This document shows positions 39,404 to 48,762 of a stretch of DNA of 64,000 bases, piece by piece. Source of the stretch: an uncultured Methanosarcinales archaeon (GTDB lineage: Archaea > Nanobdellota > Nanobdellia > Woesearchaeales > CAZYIM01); the NCBI GenBank assembly GCA_964647565.1, contig CAZYIM010000001.1, positions 40,328-104,327 on the forward strand, read 5' to 3'. Within the stretch, counting starts at the first letter, position 1. Each line of letters begins with the position of its first letter. The notes under the pieces were generated by a model that searched no databases, was not told where the DNA came from, and saw only the letters and a program-made list of their open reading frames with translations. The position numbers and the translations under genes were made by a program.

Positions 39404-40639
39404 CTATAGCTCTTCCTCGATCTCTTCTGTGAAATCAGGTTCTGGATAGAACTTGTTGAACAGGTTTATGTAGTCCAATAGATGTCTTGTGGAAAGGAAG
39501 TTTCTCTTGACATGGTCATGACCCTGTTGACCCAGCTTTTGGCGAAGATTGGGATCTCTTAAGAGTTTCAAGCCTTGTTTTATTCCCTCCTGTCGATTTC
39601 TTATCAGAAATCCAGTCTTCCCATTCTTTATCTGCAAAGGGATTCCGCCAACAGGAGTGCCGATGACAGGAGTTTTCTTCCATAAGGATTCTGAAACTGT
39701 CAAAGCAAATCCTTCCTTGACTGAGTTCTGGAAGACAAAAGCTGACTGCTGCTGCAGCACATTGACCAATAGGTCGTTTTTTTCTGTTATCAGGTGCACA
39801 CCAGGTATGGTCTTAGCCAGGTTCTGGATCTTGTTATAGATTATTGGGCTCTGAGGATCATCTGAGGGCATGTCGCCCATCAAGATCAACTGGCAGTCTT
39901 CTTTTTCCCTCATCTTCTGATACATCTTAAGCACACCGACATGATCCTTCCAGGGATCAAACCTTGAAATCTGGGAGATTATAGGCTTATCCATGTCAAT
40001 GCCCTTGCTTGCCAATAGTTGCTTGCATTTGGCATTGGCGACTTTCTTGTTCTTTTGGGACAAAGGATCAATGCTGGGATGTATTATGAACTGAGGTTTT
40101 CTGATGTGTTTGATCTTGAATTTCGGATGAGAAACAATGATGCCGTCATATCGTTTTATGAAAGGTCTGAGAAAGTTTAGCACATCTCTGTTTGGATGCG
40201 AGATGTCTATATGGCATCTCCATATCCAGTTGGTCTTTTTCGCGTATTCTGTGACCATGCCTGCCGGCTGAGGATCGTGGATGACAACAATATCATGGTC
40301 CTTGATATGTGTTACAATAGAGTTCCGCCTGCAGTATTCATTATAGAGCTTCTGCCTGGATGGAGTCATCTTCCATTTTTGGCCCTGCAGCGCATTATGC
40401 ATGCCCTTGGTGATCTTGAAAAAAGAATGGCTTCCAAACATCACACGCCAGCCTGTGTTAATGCCCAGGTCATTCATCAGGAATATCAGGGTATTGAGTA
40501 TCTCAGCGACGCCTCCGCCTGCAGCAGTGGCATTGACATGCACTGCATGCTTGCCTTCTAATGGTTCAGCTGCATGCCTGATATGCTCTATAACTTTTTT
40601 GCCTACAATAGGCTCATAGTCTTTGAGTTTAGGTATCAT
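39404..40639 (-). CDS. treT: Trehalose synthase-like GT4 glycosyltransferase
   Basis: HVNATAAGGGVAEIL, VIHDPQP, WRCHID, SRFDPWKD, EGFALTVSE.LWK. Confidence 0.88.
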   Translation of the reverse strand: MIPKLKDYEPIVGKKVIEHIRHAAEPLEGKHAVHVNATAAGGGVAEILNTLIFLMNDLGINTGWRVMFGSHSFFKITKGMHNALQGQKWKMTPSRQKLYNEYCRRNSIVTHIKDHDIVVIHDPQPAGMVTEYAKKTNWIWRCHIDISHPNRDVLNFLRPFIKRYDGIIVSHPKFKIKHIRKPQFIIHPSIDPLSQKNKKVANAKCKQLLASKGIDMDKPIISQISRFDPWKDHVGVLKMYQKMREKEDCQLILMGDMPSDDPQSPIIYNKIQNLAKTIPGVHLITEKNDLLVNVLQQQSAFVFQNSVKEGFALTVSESLWKKTPVIGTPVGGIPLQIKNGKTGFLIRNRQEGIKQGLKLLRDPNLRQKLGQQGHDHVKRNFLSTRHLLDYINLFNKFYPEPDFTEEIEEEL

Positions 40640-40759
40640 AGATAGATTTTCAGGGTTATTGTTATTTATATTTTGCGATATAGATGAATTAATTATTTTG
40701 CCACTTAAAAGTAGTAAAAAAGCGAAAGATTTATAAATAGTAGTTGACAGAATAGCTAT

Positions 40760-41524
40760 ATGGCGTACCTATTAATGGATCTTGATAACACTATATTGTC
40801 CAAACAGCAAATAGACGATATAGGCTATAAGATAGTCAGCAAGAAAGTATTGGGTAGAGAGATATCCATGCTCAAGCATCCTGTAACTGGCGAACCTGAT
40901 AAAGAGTTCACCAAGCACTCCAATCATGAGATATGGGAATATAAAATACAGCAGGTCAAAGAGAATAATGAAAACCTCGGGAATGCTTACAATATCGACC
41001 AACTCGTAGGCATGGCTGGAGCTGCATCTTGCGAATATATTCGAAGAGGCAAGACCTGGAAGTCGAAGGTTGATGTGTTTCTACAGCCTGTTTCTGTAAA
41101 AAAGCTGAGAAATGCCACTCTAGATATTGGCGTGGCCACATCTGGTGCTAAAGAGGTTCAAACAGAGATCCTCTCACAACTGGGATATTTTGAAGCTGGA
41201 ATCAATCCAGAACTAAGCACATATGCTGACGAAGGTCAGGATAAGATAGAGCTTATCCAGAGATCGATTTCAAAATACCTGGAAATCAACTCAGGATTAC
41301 CCAAGATGCTGATATATATAGGCGATTCTGCAAAGGATATGGAAGCAGTCAGGATTATTCAGGACTCTGAAATGTATCCAACAACTTTTATTCCAATCGC
41401 CGTGCTTACAGGCAATAATAATTCAAAAGAGCTCTTTGAATCAGGAGCCCTCGCAGTATTTTCAACTCTTAAGAATCATAAGAATATTGATGCTTTGAAT
41501 TGTTTCGTGAGGAAATTCAAATGA
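40760..41524 (+). CDS. HAD-superfamily hydrolase
   Basis: MDLDNTIL, VATSG, K, YIGDSAKDM. Confidence 0.8.
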   Translation: MAYLLMDLDNTILSKQQIDDIGYKIVSKKVLGREISMLKHPVTGEPDKEFTKHSNHEIWEYKIQQVKENNENLGNAYNIDQLVGMAGAASCEYIRRGKTWKSKVDVFLQPVSVKKLRNATLDIGVATSGAKEVQTEILSQLGYFEAGINPELSTYADEGQDKIELIQRSISKYLEINSGLPKMLIYIGDSAKDMEAVRIIQDSEMYPTTFIPIAVLTGNNNSKELFESGALAVFSTLKNHKNIDALNCFVRKFK

Positions 41525-42459
41525 AAAATAGAAAATACGATGTTGTCGGACTTGGCGCATGCGGAATCGACCAGATAAGCAATGTTAAGCAGTTTGCAGA
41601 CAATGACAACAAAGTAACCTCTGATAATCATATTAACCAGGAAGGAGGCGTCACTGCCAACAACATTGTTCAGTCTGCAAGATTGAGCATGAAAACTGCC
41701 TGGTGCGGCTGCCTTGGCAAGGATTCTAAAGCAGATCATCTACTCAGGAAATTCAAGAGAAGCAAGGTGAAGGCTTTTGCAAAAAGGCTAGGACAGACCC
41801 AGAACTGCTGGATAGCTGTTGACAAGAATGGAGAAAGACAGATCTATGTCTTTCCTAATTCTACTGCAAGCTTAAATGCATACGCTGTAGAGGAGAAATT
41901 TAAGAAAGTTATAAAACAGTCAAAGCATTTCCACACTGAAATTGCTGTAATACCACTAAATGCTGCTATCCGCGGTGCTGAAATAGCTAAAAGAGCCAAG
42001 TCATGGGTATTCCTCGATGTTGACGGAGATATTGACTATCTTGTGAAAAAAGTAGGTATCGGCTCTATGTATGAAGTTGAAAGGCTCATGGGCCTGGCAG
42101 ATGTTGTCAAGCTGTCAGAGTCAGCTGCAAGACAGTTATCAAGAAAAAAGGATCTTAACGATATCATAACAGAACTGCTAAAAAGTTCAATCATAGTCGT
42201 TGTAACCCTTGGAAACAAGGGCTGCATCATTGCAAGCAAAAAAGAACGGCATATGTGCCCTGCGTTCAATGTGGAGTGTGTTGACAGCACAGGCGCTGGC
42301 GATGCATTCATGGGCGGATTGTCATATGCTATCCTAAAGAAACTTCCATTGAAGGAAGTTGGAATGTTTGCAAATGCTTGTGGAGCCTACTGCTGCACCA
42401 GAAGAGGCGCAAGAGGTTCAGGCAACCTGGATAAGGTAATGAAAGTAAGATTCAGATAG
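41521..42459 (+). CDS. PfkB family carbohydrate kinase
   Basis: GGVTANN, VTLGNKG, VDSTGAGDAF.GG. Confidence 0.9.
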   Translation: MKNRKYDVVGLGACGIDQISNVKQFADNDNKVTSDNHINQEGGVTANNIVQSARLSMKTAWCGCLGKDSKADHLLRKFKRSKVKAFAKRLGQTQNCWIAVDKNGERQIYVFPNSTASLNAYAVEEKFKKVIKQSKHFHTEIAVIPLNAAIRGAEIAKRAKSWVFLDVDGDIDYLVKKVGIGSMYEVERLMGLADVVKLSESAARQLSRKKDLNDIITELLKSSIIVVVTLGNKGCIIASKKERHMCPAFNVECVDSTGAGDAFMGGLSYAILKKLPLKEVGMFANACGAYCCTRRGARGSGNLDKVMKVRFR

Positions 42460-42469
42460 GAGGGAAAAA

Positions 42470-42724
42470 ATGAATGATAATAAAAATTATGACGGAAATG
42501 CTGGAAGCACATATATGCCAATACCAGAAGGAGAAATGTTCCCATCAGGCTCTAGGCCGAAGCTTTGTGCTGAATCCTTAAAGATCATGGAGAGTTATTT
42601 CAGACTTTTAAGGGAACCTGCCGATAAAAGGACTTACCTTATAGTTACAACCAATAACCCGGACAGGATCGATCCAGAAATCAAAAAAAGGTTATTCGAA
42701 GCTCCAAGAAATATCAATTCTTAA
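42470..42724 (+). CDS. Small protein ending in an AAA ATPase sensor-1/SRH-like segment (possible remnant)
   Basis: IVTTNNPDRIDPEIKKR resembles ATNRPD.LDPALLR; no Walker A or B. Confidence 0.45.
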   Translation: MNDNKNYDGNAGSTYMPIPEGEMFPSGSRPKLCAESLKIMESYFRLLREPADKRTYLIVTTNNPDRIDPEIKKRLFEAPRNINS

Positions 42725-42744
42725 ATACAAAAAAGATTATAAAA

Positions 42745-43638
42745 ATGTTAGAAAAAGTAACCACAGAAAGTCTTTCAGAAAAGATTTATAAGCTTGAAAA
42801 GAGAAATGCTACGCTTGAAGACAGCAATAAAAAGCTTGAGAAGGAAAGGGAATTGTTGATCCAGGACAAGGAACTAGCAATGAGATCCCTTGCAGCAGGC
42901 CTCGCTCATAACTTCAATAATAATATGGGCGGCATCCAGGGTTATATAGAGATGTTATTAATGGATGCCAAAGAGGGTGTTTTAGATCCTGCATCCGCAG
43001 CAGAGGACCTCGAAAGAATCATGAAAATATGCAAGAAAACTACCCTGCTAACAAACCAATTGCAGGCATACACTGGCAAGAGTGTCACTAATCAGGTCAT
43101 CAAAGAGCTGAATACAATTGTTGAAAACTTCTTAGATCTGGAGGAAGGTTATGCTAATATTAAACAGTTTGTCAAGTTTGAGCCTAAAGCCAAGAGCTTT
43201 GTAAACAGGGACAAGGGGCAAATAGAGCTTCTTGTTGGAATGTTAGTTGATTATGCAAAGGAGAACATACCTGATGTTGGTTATGTGCATGTAAAGACAG
43301 AAGATGTATCACTCGATAAAAAGATCAAGAACAGGATAAATGATATTCCCAAAGGCGAATATGTGGTTTTATCAGTAAGTTATAATGCTAATAATATAAA
43401 GGATGCAGATATCGGAGTACTTTTTGAGCCTTTCTATTCCAAACAAAACATGATGGAGAATCTTGGATTAGCACCTGTAAAGGGCATCCTGAAGGGCCAC
43501 GGCGCATATGTTGACATCGAACGGTCTGAAGACAAGACTTCTTTTAATATCTATTTCAATTCTGTCAACAAGGAAATGCATGAACTAAGACAAAAACTGG
43601 TTGATACCATCCAGTATGGTGTCGAGAATAAGAAATAA
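42745..43638 (+). CDS. Sensor-less histidine kinase-like protein with degenerate HATPase_c domain
   Basis: H-box LAAGLAHNFNN intact; N, G1 and G2 boxes substituted; LFEPFY and LGL retained. Confidence 0.8.
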   Translation: MLEKVTTESLSEKIYKLEKRNATLEDSNKKLEKERELLIQDKELAMRSLAAGLAHNFNNNMGGIQGYIEMLLMDAKEGVLDPASAAEDLERIMKICKKTTLLTNQLQAYTGKSVTNQVIKELNTIVENFLDLEEGYANIKQFVKFEPKAKSFVNRDKGQIELLVGMLVDYAKENIPDVGYVHVKTEDVSLDKKIKNRINDIPKGEYVVLSVSYNANNIKDADIGVLFEPFYSKQNMMENLGLAPVKGILKGHGAYVDIERSEDKTSFNIYFNSVNKEMHELRQKLVDTIQYGVENKK

Positions 43639-43677
43639 GCCGTAAGTTTTTTATAATTAATCATCTATCTTTTAGTT

Positions 43678-44574
43678 ATGGACATCAAACCTATTTACAC
43701 CCAATCTGAGGGTCCACTGAATGTCATCTGCTTTGGTTCTGGTTCTGGAACAACTATCGAGGCCCTGATTGCTGAGCAGAAGAGGCAGGAATTTATGGGG
43801 GAGCCCTTCTTCATGATCAGGGGCATCTTTGTCAATAAAAAATGTAGATGCATAGATATAGGTGAGAAGAATGATATCCCTGTGATCTATAACAGCAAGG
43901 TACGATTCTTTAAGGATAGAAAAAAGAAGTATTCAGACAGGGATACCCTGATAGAATATGACAAGAAGAATCTTGAGATGCTAAATAAACAGTCTAAAAA
44001 AGATGGCTTCACTATTGACCTGATTGCTCTTGCAGGCTATTGGTCAATTGTTTCAGATCCAATACTAGAAGCGTTTCCTGATAAGATCATCAATAGCCAC
44101 CCTGCAGACCTATCGATCCTTGATAAAAATGGAAAGAGGGTGTATGCAGGAACCTATGGCAGTGATTCGATCTACCAGGCTATGCTGAGAGGGGATAAAG
44201 GTACAAAGACCTGCATCCATCTAGTCACAGCAGGTATTGATGAAGGTGAGATCCTGGTGACTTCTGAGCCCCTCACATTCTTCAAGGAAGTTGAGGAACT
44301 TAAGAATAAAAAATATGTACGGGGTCGAGGTACTCAGCAAGTCTTTAATGCTGTCAAGGAAGCTGGCCTCAGGGCTGCTTCAAGATATCATCAGGAGCTT
44401 CAGAAGCAAAGATGCGACTATCCTGCCTATATTACTGCAATGAACCTGATTGCTTTAGACAGGTTTTCGATTGTGGAAGAAGAGGGTGTCAGGCCTATAA
44501 TCTTCGAAGATGTAGCTGATGAGGTAGAGTTGCCTTATCAAGGATATGACATGGCCAAACGCGGACCTTTCTAG
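43678..44574 (+). CDS. purN: Formyltransferase (GAR transformylase PurN-like)
   Basis: FGSGSGT, LAGY, INSHPADL, HLVTAGIDEG with the catalytic N/H/D residues. Confidence 0.75.
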   Translation: MDIKPIYTQSEGPLNVICFGSGSGTTIEALIAEQKRQEFMGEPFFMIRGIFVNKKCRCIDIGEKNDIPVIYNSKVRFFKDRKKKYSDRDTLIEYDKKNLEMLNKQSKKDGFTIDLIALAGYWSIVSDPILEAFPDKIINSHPADLSILDKNGKRVYAGTYGSDSIYQAMLRGDKGTKTCIHLVTAGIDEGEILVTSEPLTFFKEVEELKNKKYVRGRGTQQVFNAVKEAGLRAASRYHQELQKQRCDYPAYITAMNLIALDRFSIVEEEGVRPIIFEDVADEVELPYQGYDMAKRGPF

Positions 44575-45551
44575 AATACTCCTCCTCTCCAGAGTATGAA
44601 TACAAGATAGATTAAATACATGACCACAAAGATAACTCCCTGATATACATCCAGCTGCTTTTTTTTCTTGCCCACGAACATAAAGGCGAACAATAAGAAT
44701 GTTGCAAAGAGCAGGTAGATGATGTCTATAGATATGTTGCCAGGCACTGCAATGGGCTTGATTAATGCGCTTGCCCCGAGCACATATGCAATATTGAAGA
44801 CATTTGATCCTATTATGTTGCCAACTGCCATGTCAACCTTGTTCTTCTTGGCAGCAACAATACAGGTTACTAGCTCTGGAAAAGATGTGCCCAATGAAAT
44901 TATGGTTGCGCTTATCAGGAATTCTGACATGCCCAACTGCCTTGCCATCACAACCGCCCCGTCCACAATCCATTTGCCACCCAAGAAAAGACCAATAATT
45001 CCTACAACAATCATTCCGATGGAAAGCCAGATATTTCTCTGTTTCACATCAAACATATCACTCTCAACCTGGAGGCGGGTTTTCTTCACCATCTCATAAG
45101 CATAGTAAAGGAAGATGAAAAAGAACGCAAGCATCATAATTGCGTCTGACCTGCTGAATACAGATGTCTGCAGATTGTCAATGACCTTGTCATGCACAGC
45201 AACGAACAATATCAATGTCGCCAGGAAGCTGAAAGGTATCTCTTTCCAGACAGTAGAATGGTGTACGTCGATATGATGTACTAAGGCAGTCACGCCTAAT
45301 ATTAATAAAAGATTGAAGAGATTACTTCCAATGATATTACCAATAGCAATGCCCCCGCTGCCATTCAGGGCTGCAATCACATTAACTACAAATTCAGGCA
45401 TGGATGTGCCAAAAGCAACCACTGTCAAACCAATGACCAATGCAGAGACCTTGAATCTCTTGGCAATAGAAGATGCACCCTCAACAAGAAGGTCTGCACC
45501 CTTGATGATAAAAAAAAATCCTATTACAAACAGTATATAAGTTAATATCAT
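44571..45551 (-). CDS. Calcium/sodium antiporter (CaCA, YrbG-like)
   Basis: Two alpha repeats: GTSMPE...GNIIGSN and GTSFPE...GNIIGSN. Confidence 0.92.
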   Translation of the reverse strand: MILTYILFVIGFFFIIKGADLLVEGASSIAKRFKVSALVIGLTVVAFGTSMPEFVVNVIAALNGSGGIAIGNIIGSNLFNLLLILGVTALVHHIDVHHSTVWKEIPFSFLATLILFVAVHDKVIDNLQTSVFSRSDAIMMLAFFFIFLYYAYEMVKKTRLQVESDMFDVKQRNIWLSIGMIVVGIIGLFLGGKWIVDGAVVMARQLGMSEFLISATIISLGTSFPELVTCIVAAKKNKVDMAVGNIIGSNVFNIAYVLGASALIKPIAVPGNISIDIIYLLFATFLLFAFMFVGKKKKQLDVYQGVIFVVMYLIYLVFILWRGGVF

Positions 45552-45592
45552 ATATGACTCTCTAGAGTTAAGCTTTAAAAAGTTTGTTGTAG

Positions 45593-46081
45593 TTACAGTC
45601 GAATGCTAGGATCCACAACTATCCTTATGTTTGCTTCTCTGACGAATTTCTCAGCAAGCTCAAAGTTATATGACTGATTCTGCAGCTTTGGAAGAAGGAT
45701 ATGGTTAGCCTTATCCTGGTAGATTTCGTCAGGAGTAACCAATTTCTCTATACCTGCCTCGACTATGGCTCCAGCACATGTTGAGCAGGGAAACCATTCG
45801 TTCATATGTATAGTACCTCCGCCCAATACATAACCAGCTTGTGCTGCATGTGAAATGCCTTTTATTTCTGCATGGATGCCAGTACAGAGTTCCATGCCTT
45901 CACCAGAAGGATAACCCGCCCTTAGGCAGCCATCATGCGGAATGCCTCTTGTAGGAGGTCCGTTCCAGCCAAGAATATAATTGTGCGATACAGTCTCGAT
46001 CACAACTGCAACTGCATGTTTCTCGCAAACTTTCTCCAAAAGAGCTTTATTAAGTAAATCTCTTATTTTATTCACTAACAA
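45593..46081 (-). CDS. dCMP deaminase family protein
   Basis: IHAE and PCSTC zinc motifs; GWNG; C.RAG...G...ELC. Confidence 0.85.
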   Translation of the reverse strand: MLVNKIRDLLNKALLEKVCEKHAVAVVIETVSHNYILGWNGPPTRGIPHDGCLRAGYPSGEGMELCTGIHAEIKGISHAAQAGYVLGGGTIHMNEWFPCSTCAGAIVEAGIEKLVTPDEIYQDKANHILLPKLQNQSYNFELAEKFVREANIRIVVDPSIRL

Positions 46082-46137
46082 CCACCCCTGGAATCTAGGA
46101 TAATCAAAATAATATATATTCTTTTCTATGCTCGATA

Positions 46138-46380
46138 CTATAGTTTAGCTTTTGCTTCCTTGCCCCAGCGAACAGAATTCCACGCCCGTTCATGTATATA
46201 GTAGAAGAGCATCTTAAGACTTATCTCAAAGACACTGACACCTAATGTCAATGTGAAGCTGCCAGTAAAGATATAGACCAGGATTGCAGTGGTCAACGAT
46301 GCTATGACCCTCCAGGTTATTGCCTTTACAACGCTCCTTTCATGTTTCTCCTTGAATAGTTTTTTAATCATTGAACGCAC
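46138..46380 (-). CDS. DUF2061 membrane protein
   Basis: RSVVKAITWRVIAS and YYIHERAW. Confidence 0.85.
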   Translation of the reverse strand: MRSMIKKLFKEKHERSVVKAITWRVIASLTTAILVYIFTGSFTLTLGVSVFEISLKMLFYYIHERAWNSVRWGKEAKAKL

Positions 46381-46457
46381 CTCTTGTAAGAGTTATTAGG
46401 AAGTTCTGTTTAATATTTTTCGGTAAGGTTTATATATGTGTTAGATTTAAGATAGTT

Positions 46458-46787
46458 ATGGAAGTGAAGAACAAAGCAGTGGGAACCAAGGGCTTCAAAT
46501 TGTTTATTGAGATAAACGGCAAAGAGCTGGCCAGGGCATATCTTTATGTGCTCAAGAATAACCTGCACCGCCAGCCTTTTGGCCTGATGGAAGATGTCTT
46601 TGTCGCTGAAGAATGCAGGGGTAAAGGTATAGGGTCTGAATTGGTCAAACAAGTCATTGTAAAGGCTATCTCAATGGACTGTTATAAGCTGATCTGTACC
46701 TCAAGGCATTCCAAGCCAAAAGTCCACGAGCTCTATCTCAAGCTGGGTTTCAAGGATCACGGCAGGGAATTTAGGCTGGACTTCTAA
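46458..46787 (+). CDS. GNAT acetyltransferase
   Basis: EDVFVAEECRGKGIGSEL; LYLKLGF. Confidence 0.88.
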   Translation: MEVKNKAVGTKGFKLFIEINGKELARAYLYVLKNNLHRQPFGLMEDVFVAEECRGKGIGSELVKQVIVKAISMDCYKLICTSRHSKPKVHELYLKLGFKDHGREFRLDF

Positions 46788-46824
46788 AAAGCTTTTTATA
46801 TGGACTTGTATTTCCTCTTCTATA

Positions 46825-47127
46825 ATGGAACCTGAAATTAGAGTAGTTGATGGAAAATTGGTCTGTGACTATGGATCACACTGCTGGGCTGAAGGTGTTA
46901 TCGATGGAAATATTTTTAAGATCACTTATCACGAACCAGAACACATAATGATAGGCAGTGTTGAAGGTAATCCTAATGATATTAAAGAATGCACTATCGA
47001 GCACAAACTCGACTGTTTACCCGCAGATCGGATGAAGAGTGCAAGGACAATCTTCAAAAGGGACCTTGGCTATGTTGCCAGGATAAGCGGAGATCAGTTT
47101 CCACCGATGGATTATTTCTTCATGTAG
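46825..47127 (+). CDS. Hypothetical protein
   Basis: 100-aa ORF after a TTTTTATA box. Confidence 0.55.
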   Translation: MEPEIRVVDGKLVCDYGSHCWAEGVIDGNIFKITYHEPEHIMIGSVEGNPNDIKECTIEHKLDCLPADRMKSARTIFKRDLGYVARISGDQFPPMDYFFM

Positions 47128-47795
47128 AACATTCTTTTCTTTTCATCAAACCTTTCTATAGCATATCTAAGCATGGTCCTGGGCATATGCTTGTAGTGTT
47201 TTATTAGGAATCTTTCTTCAACTGCCTGGTCTTTCTTACCTATCTCCCTTAGCATCCAGCCAACAGCCTTGTGGATCAGGTCATGCTTGTCTTTTAACAG
47301 GATTTCAGCGATTTTCAATGAGTCATTGAAATCTTCCTCTCTTATGAAATAGAAGGTTGAGATAATTGAGATGCGTTTTTCCCAAAGGTCTTTTGATCTG
47401 GCTAGTTGGTATAGTATTGATCTGTCCTTGTCAAACAGGTAGTGCCCGACAACATGAGGAGATGTAACATCGACCAAGTCCCAGTTGTTGATTCTATTAG
47501 TGTTTTTTAGGTAGAAATCATAGTATTTTTTCTTGTCTTTTGATTGTTTGTATTTGTTGACTAACACAATCAAACCTGTCATCCTGTGCTCATGGACTTT
47601 ACTGTTGAGCAGGGCTTGGATCTCAGTCAATGAAAGCTGAGTGAATTTTTTTGCTATAGCTCTCTGCTCAGGCATAGTAACTCCGATGAACTTGTCACCT
47701 TCACCATACTGACCCTTGCCTGTCTTGAAGAATCTTTGTAGAATTTTGGCCTTGTCGGGCCTTGCATGTTTTTGCAGCTCTTTTTTTATATCCAT
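47112..47795 (-). CDS. DNA alkylation repair protein (AlkD-like)
   Basis: FFKTGKGQYGEGD.FIG, NNWDLVD, WEKR, HDLIHKAVGWMLRE, RYAIE. Confidence 0.9.
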   Translation of the reverse strand: MDIKKELQKHARPDKAKILQRFFKTGKGQYGEGDKFIGVTMPEQRAIAKKFTQLSLTEIQALLNSKVHEHRMTGLIVLVNKYKQSKDKKKYYDFYLKNTNRINNWDLVDVTSPHVVGHYLFDKDRSILYQLARSKDLWEKRISIISTFYFIREEDFNDSLKIAEILLKDKHDLIHKAVGWMLREIGKKDQAVEERFLIKHYKHMPRTMLRYAIERFDEKKRMFYMKK

Positions 47796-47847
47796 GTTCC
47801 AAGTGTAAAACATATTATTTATAAATTTTGAGAAATTCCCTTTATTT

Positions 47848-48762
47848 ATGTATGATCTGGTTGGTCTGACCAATGCTATCACAGACGTGGTTGTTGGGGT
47901 AAAGGAAAAGGATTTAACAAGGTTTGGTCTAAATAAAGGAGTCTATAATCGAAGAAGTGAAATCCCTTTTGATGAGATTCTCAAATTTATGTCTTTGAGT
48001 GATTCTGTATCCATTCCAGGAGGCTCGCCAGCCAATGTTGTGCACGGAGTTGCTAAACTTGGTGGCAAGACAGCCCTCTTTGGCACTGTTGGCAAGGATA
48101 ACTATGGCACCTTGTTCAGAGAGCATATTGTCAGTGCAGGAATAGATCCATTCATAAGAACAGTCGAGGGAAAAAGTGCGGTATGTTATATTCTAGTTAC
48201 ACCTGATGGAGAAAAGACCCCCTTTGCAGACCTTGGTGTTGCAAACCAGTTTGAATATACTAAGGAACTGATGGCAAATACAAAGATGTTTCACACTTCC
48301 GGCTATGAGCTGGTCAACAATCCAGAGAAGACTAGGGAGCTAATTGAATATGCATTGTCAAGAGGCGCCATTTTGAGCTATGACCTGGCAGCGCCCATTG
48401 AGATTGCAAAAGAGAGGAAACAGGTAGAGGATTTATTGGCTGAGGTTGATGTGCTCTTTTCTACAGAGGAAGAATGCACAGAGATAATGGAGATGGAGCT
48501 TGAGTATGCAGAGGCACAATTAGCAGATATTGTACCGGTCCTGGCCTTGAAAAGAGGTGCAAGGGGATCCACTGTCTATAAAGGCGGGAATAAACAGGAC
48601 ATACCTATAGTTGATGTGAGGATTATAAACAGAAACGGTGCTGGCGATGGCTATGCAGCTGGTTTCCTGAGCGAATATCTCAAAGGCTCAGATGTTGAAA
48701 CTTGCGGCAAGAAAGGCAGTGAATATGCTGCGTATGTTTGTTCTAGAGTGCAGCCGTTTTAA
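47848..48762 (+). CDS. PfkB/adenosine kinase family protein
   Basis: PGGSPAN, GTVGKD.YG, NGAGDGYAAG. Confidence 0.88.
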   Translation: MYDLVGLTNAITDVVVGVKEKDLTRFGLNKGVYNRRSEIPFDEILKFMSLSDSVSIPGGSPANVVHGVAKLGGKTALFGTVGKDNYGTLFREHIVSAGIDPFIRTVEGKSAVCYILVTPDGEKTPFADLGVANQFEYTKELMANTKMFHTSGYELVNNPEKTRELIEYALSRGAILSYDLAAPIEIAKERKQVEDLLAEVDVLFSTEEECTEIMEMELEYAEAQLADIVPVLALKRGARGSTVYKGGNKQDIPIVDVRIINRNGAGDGYAAGFLSEYLKGSDVETCGKKGSEYAAYVCSRVQPF

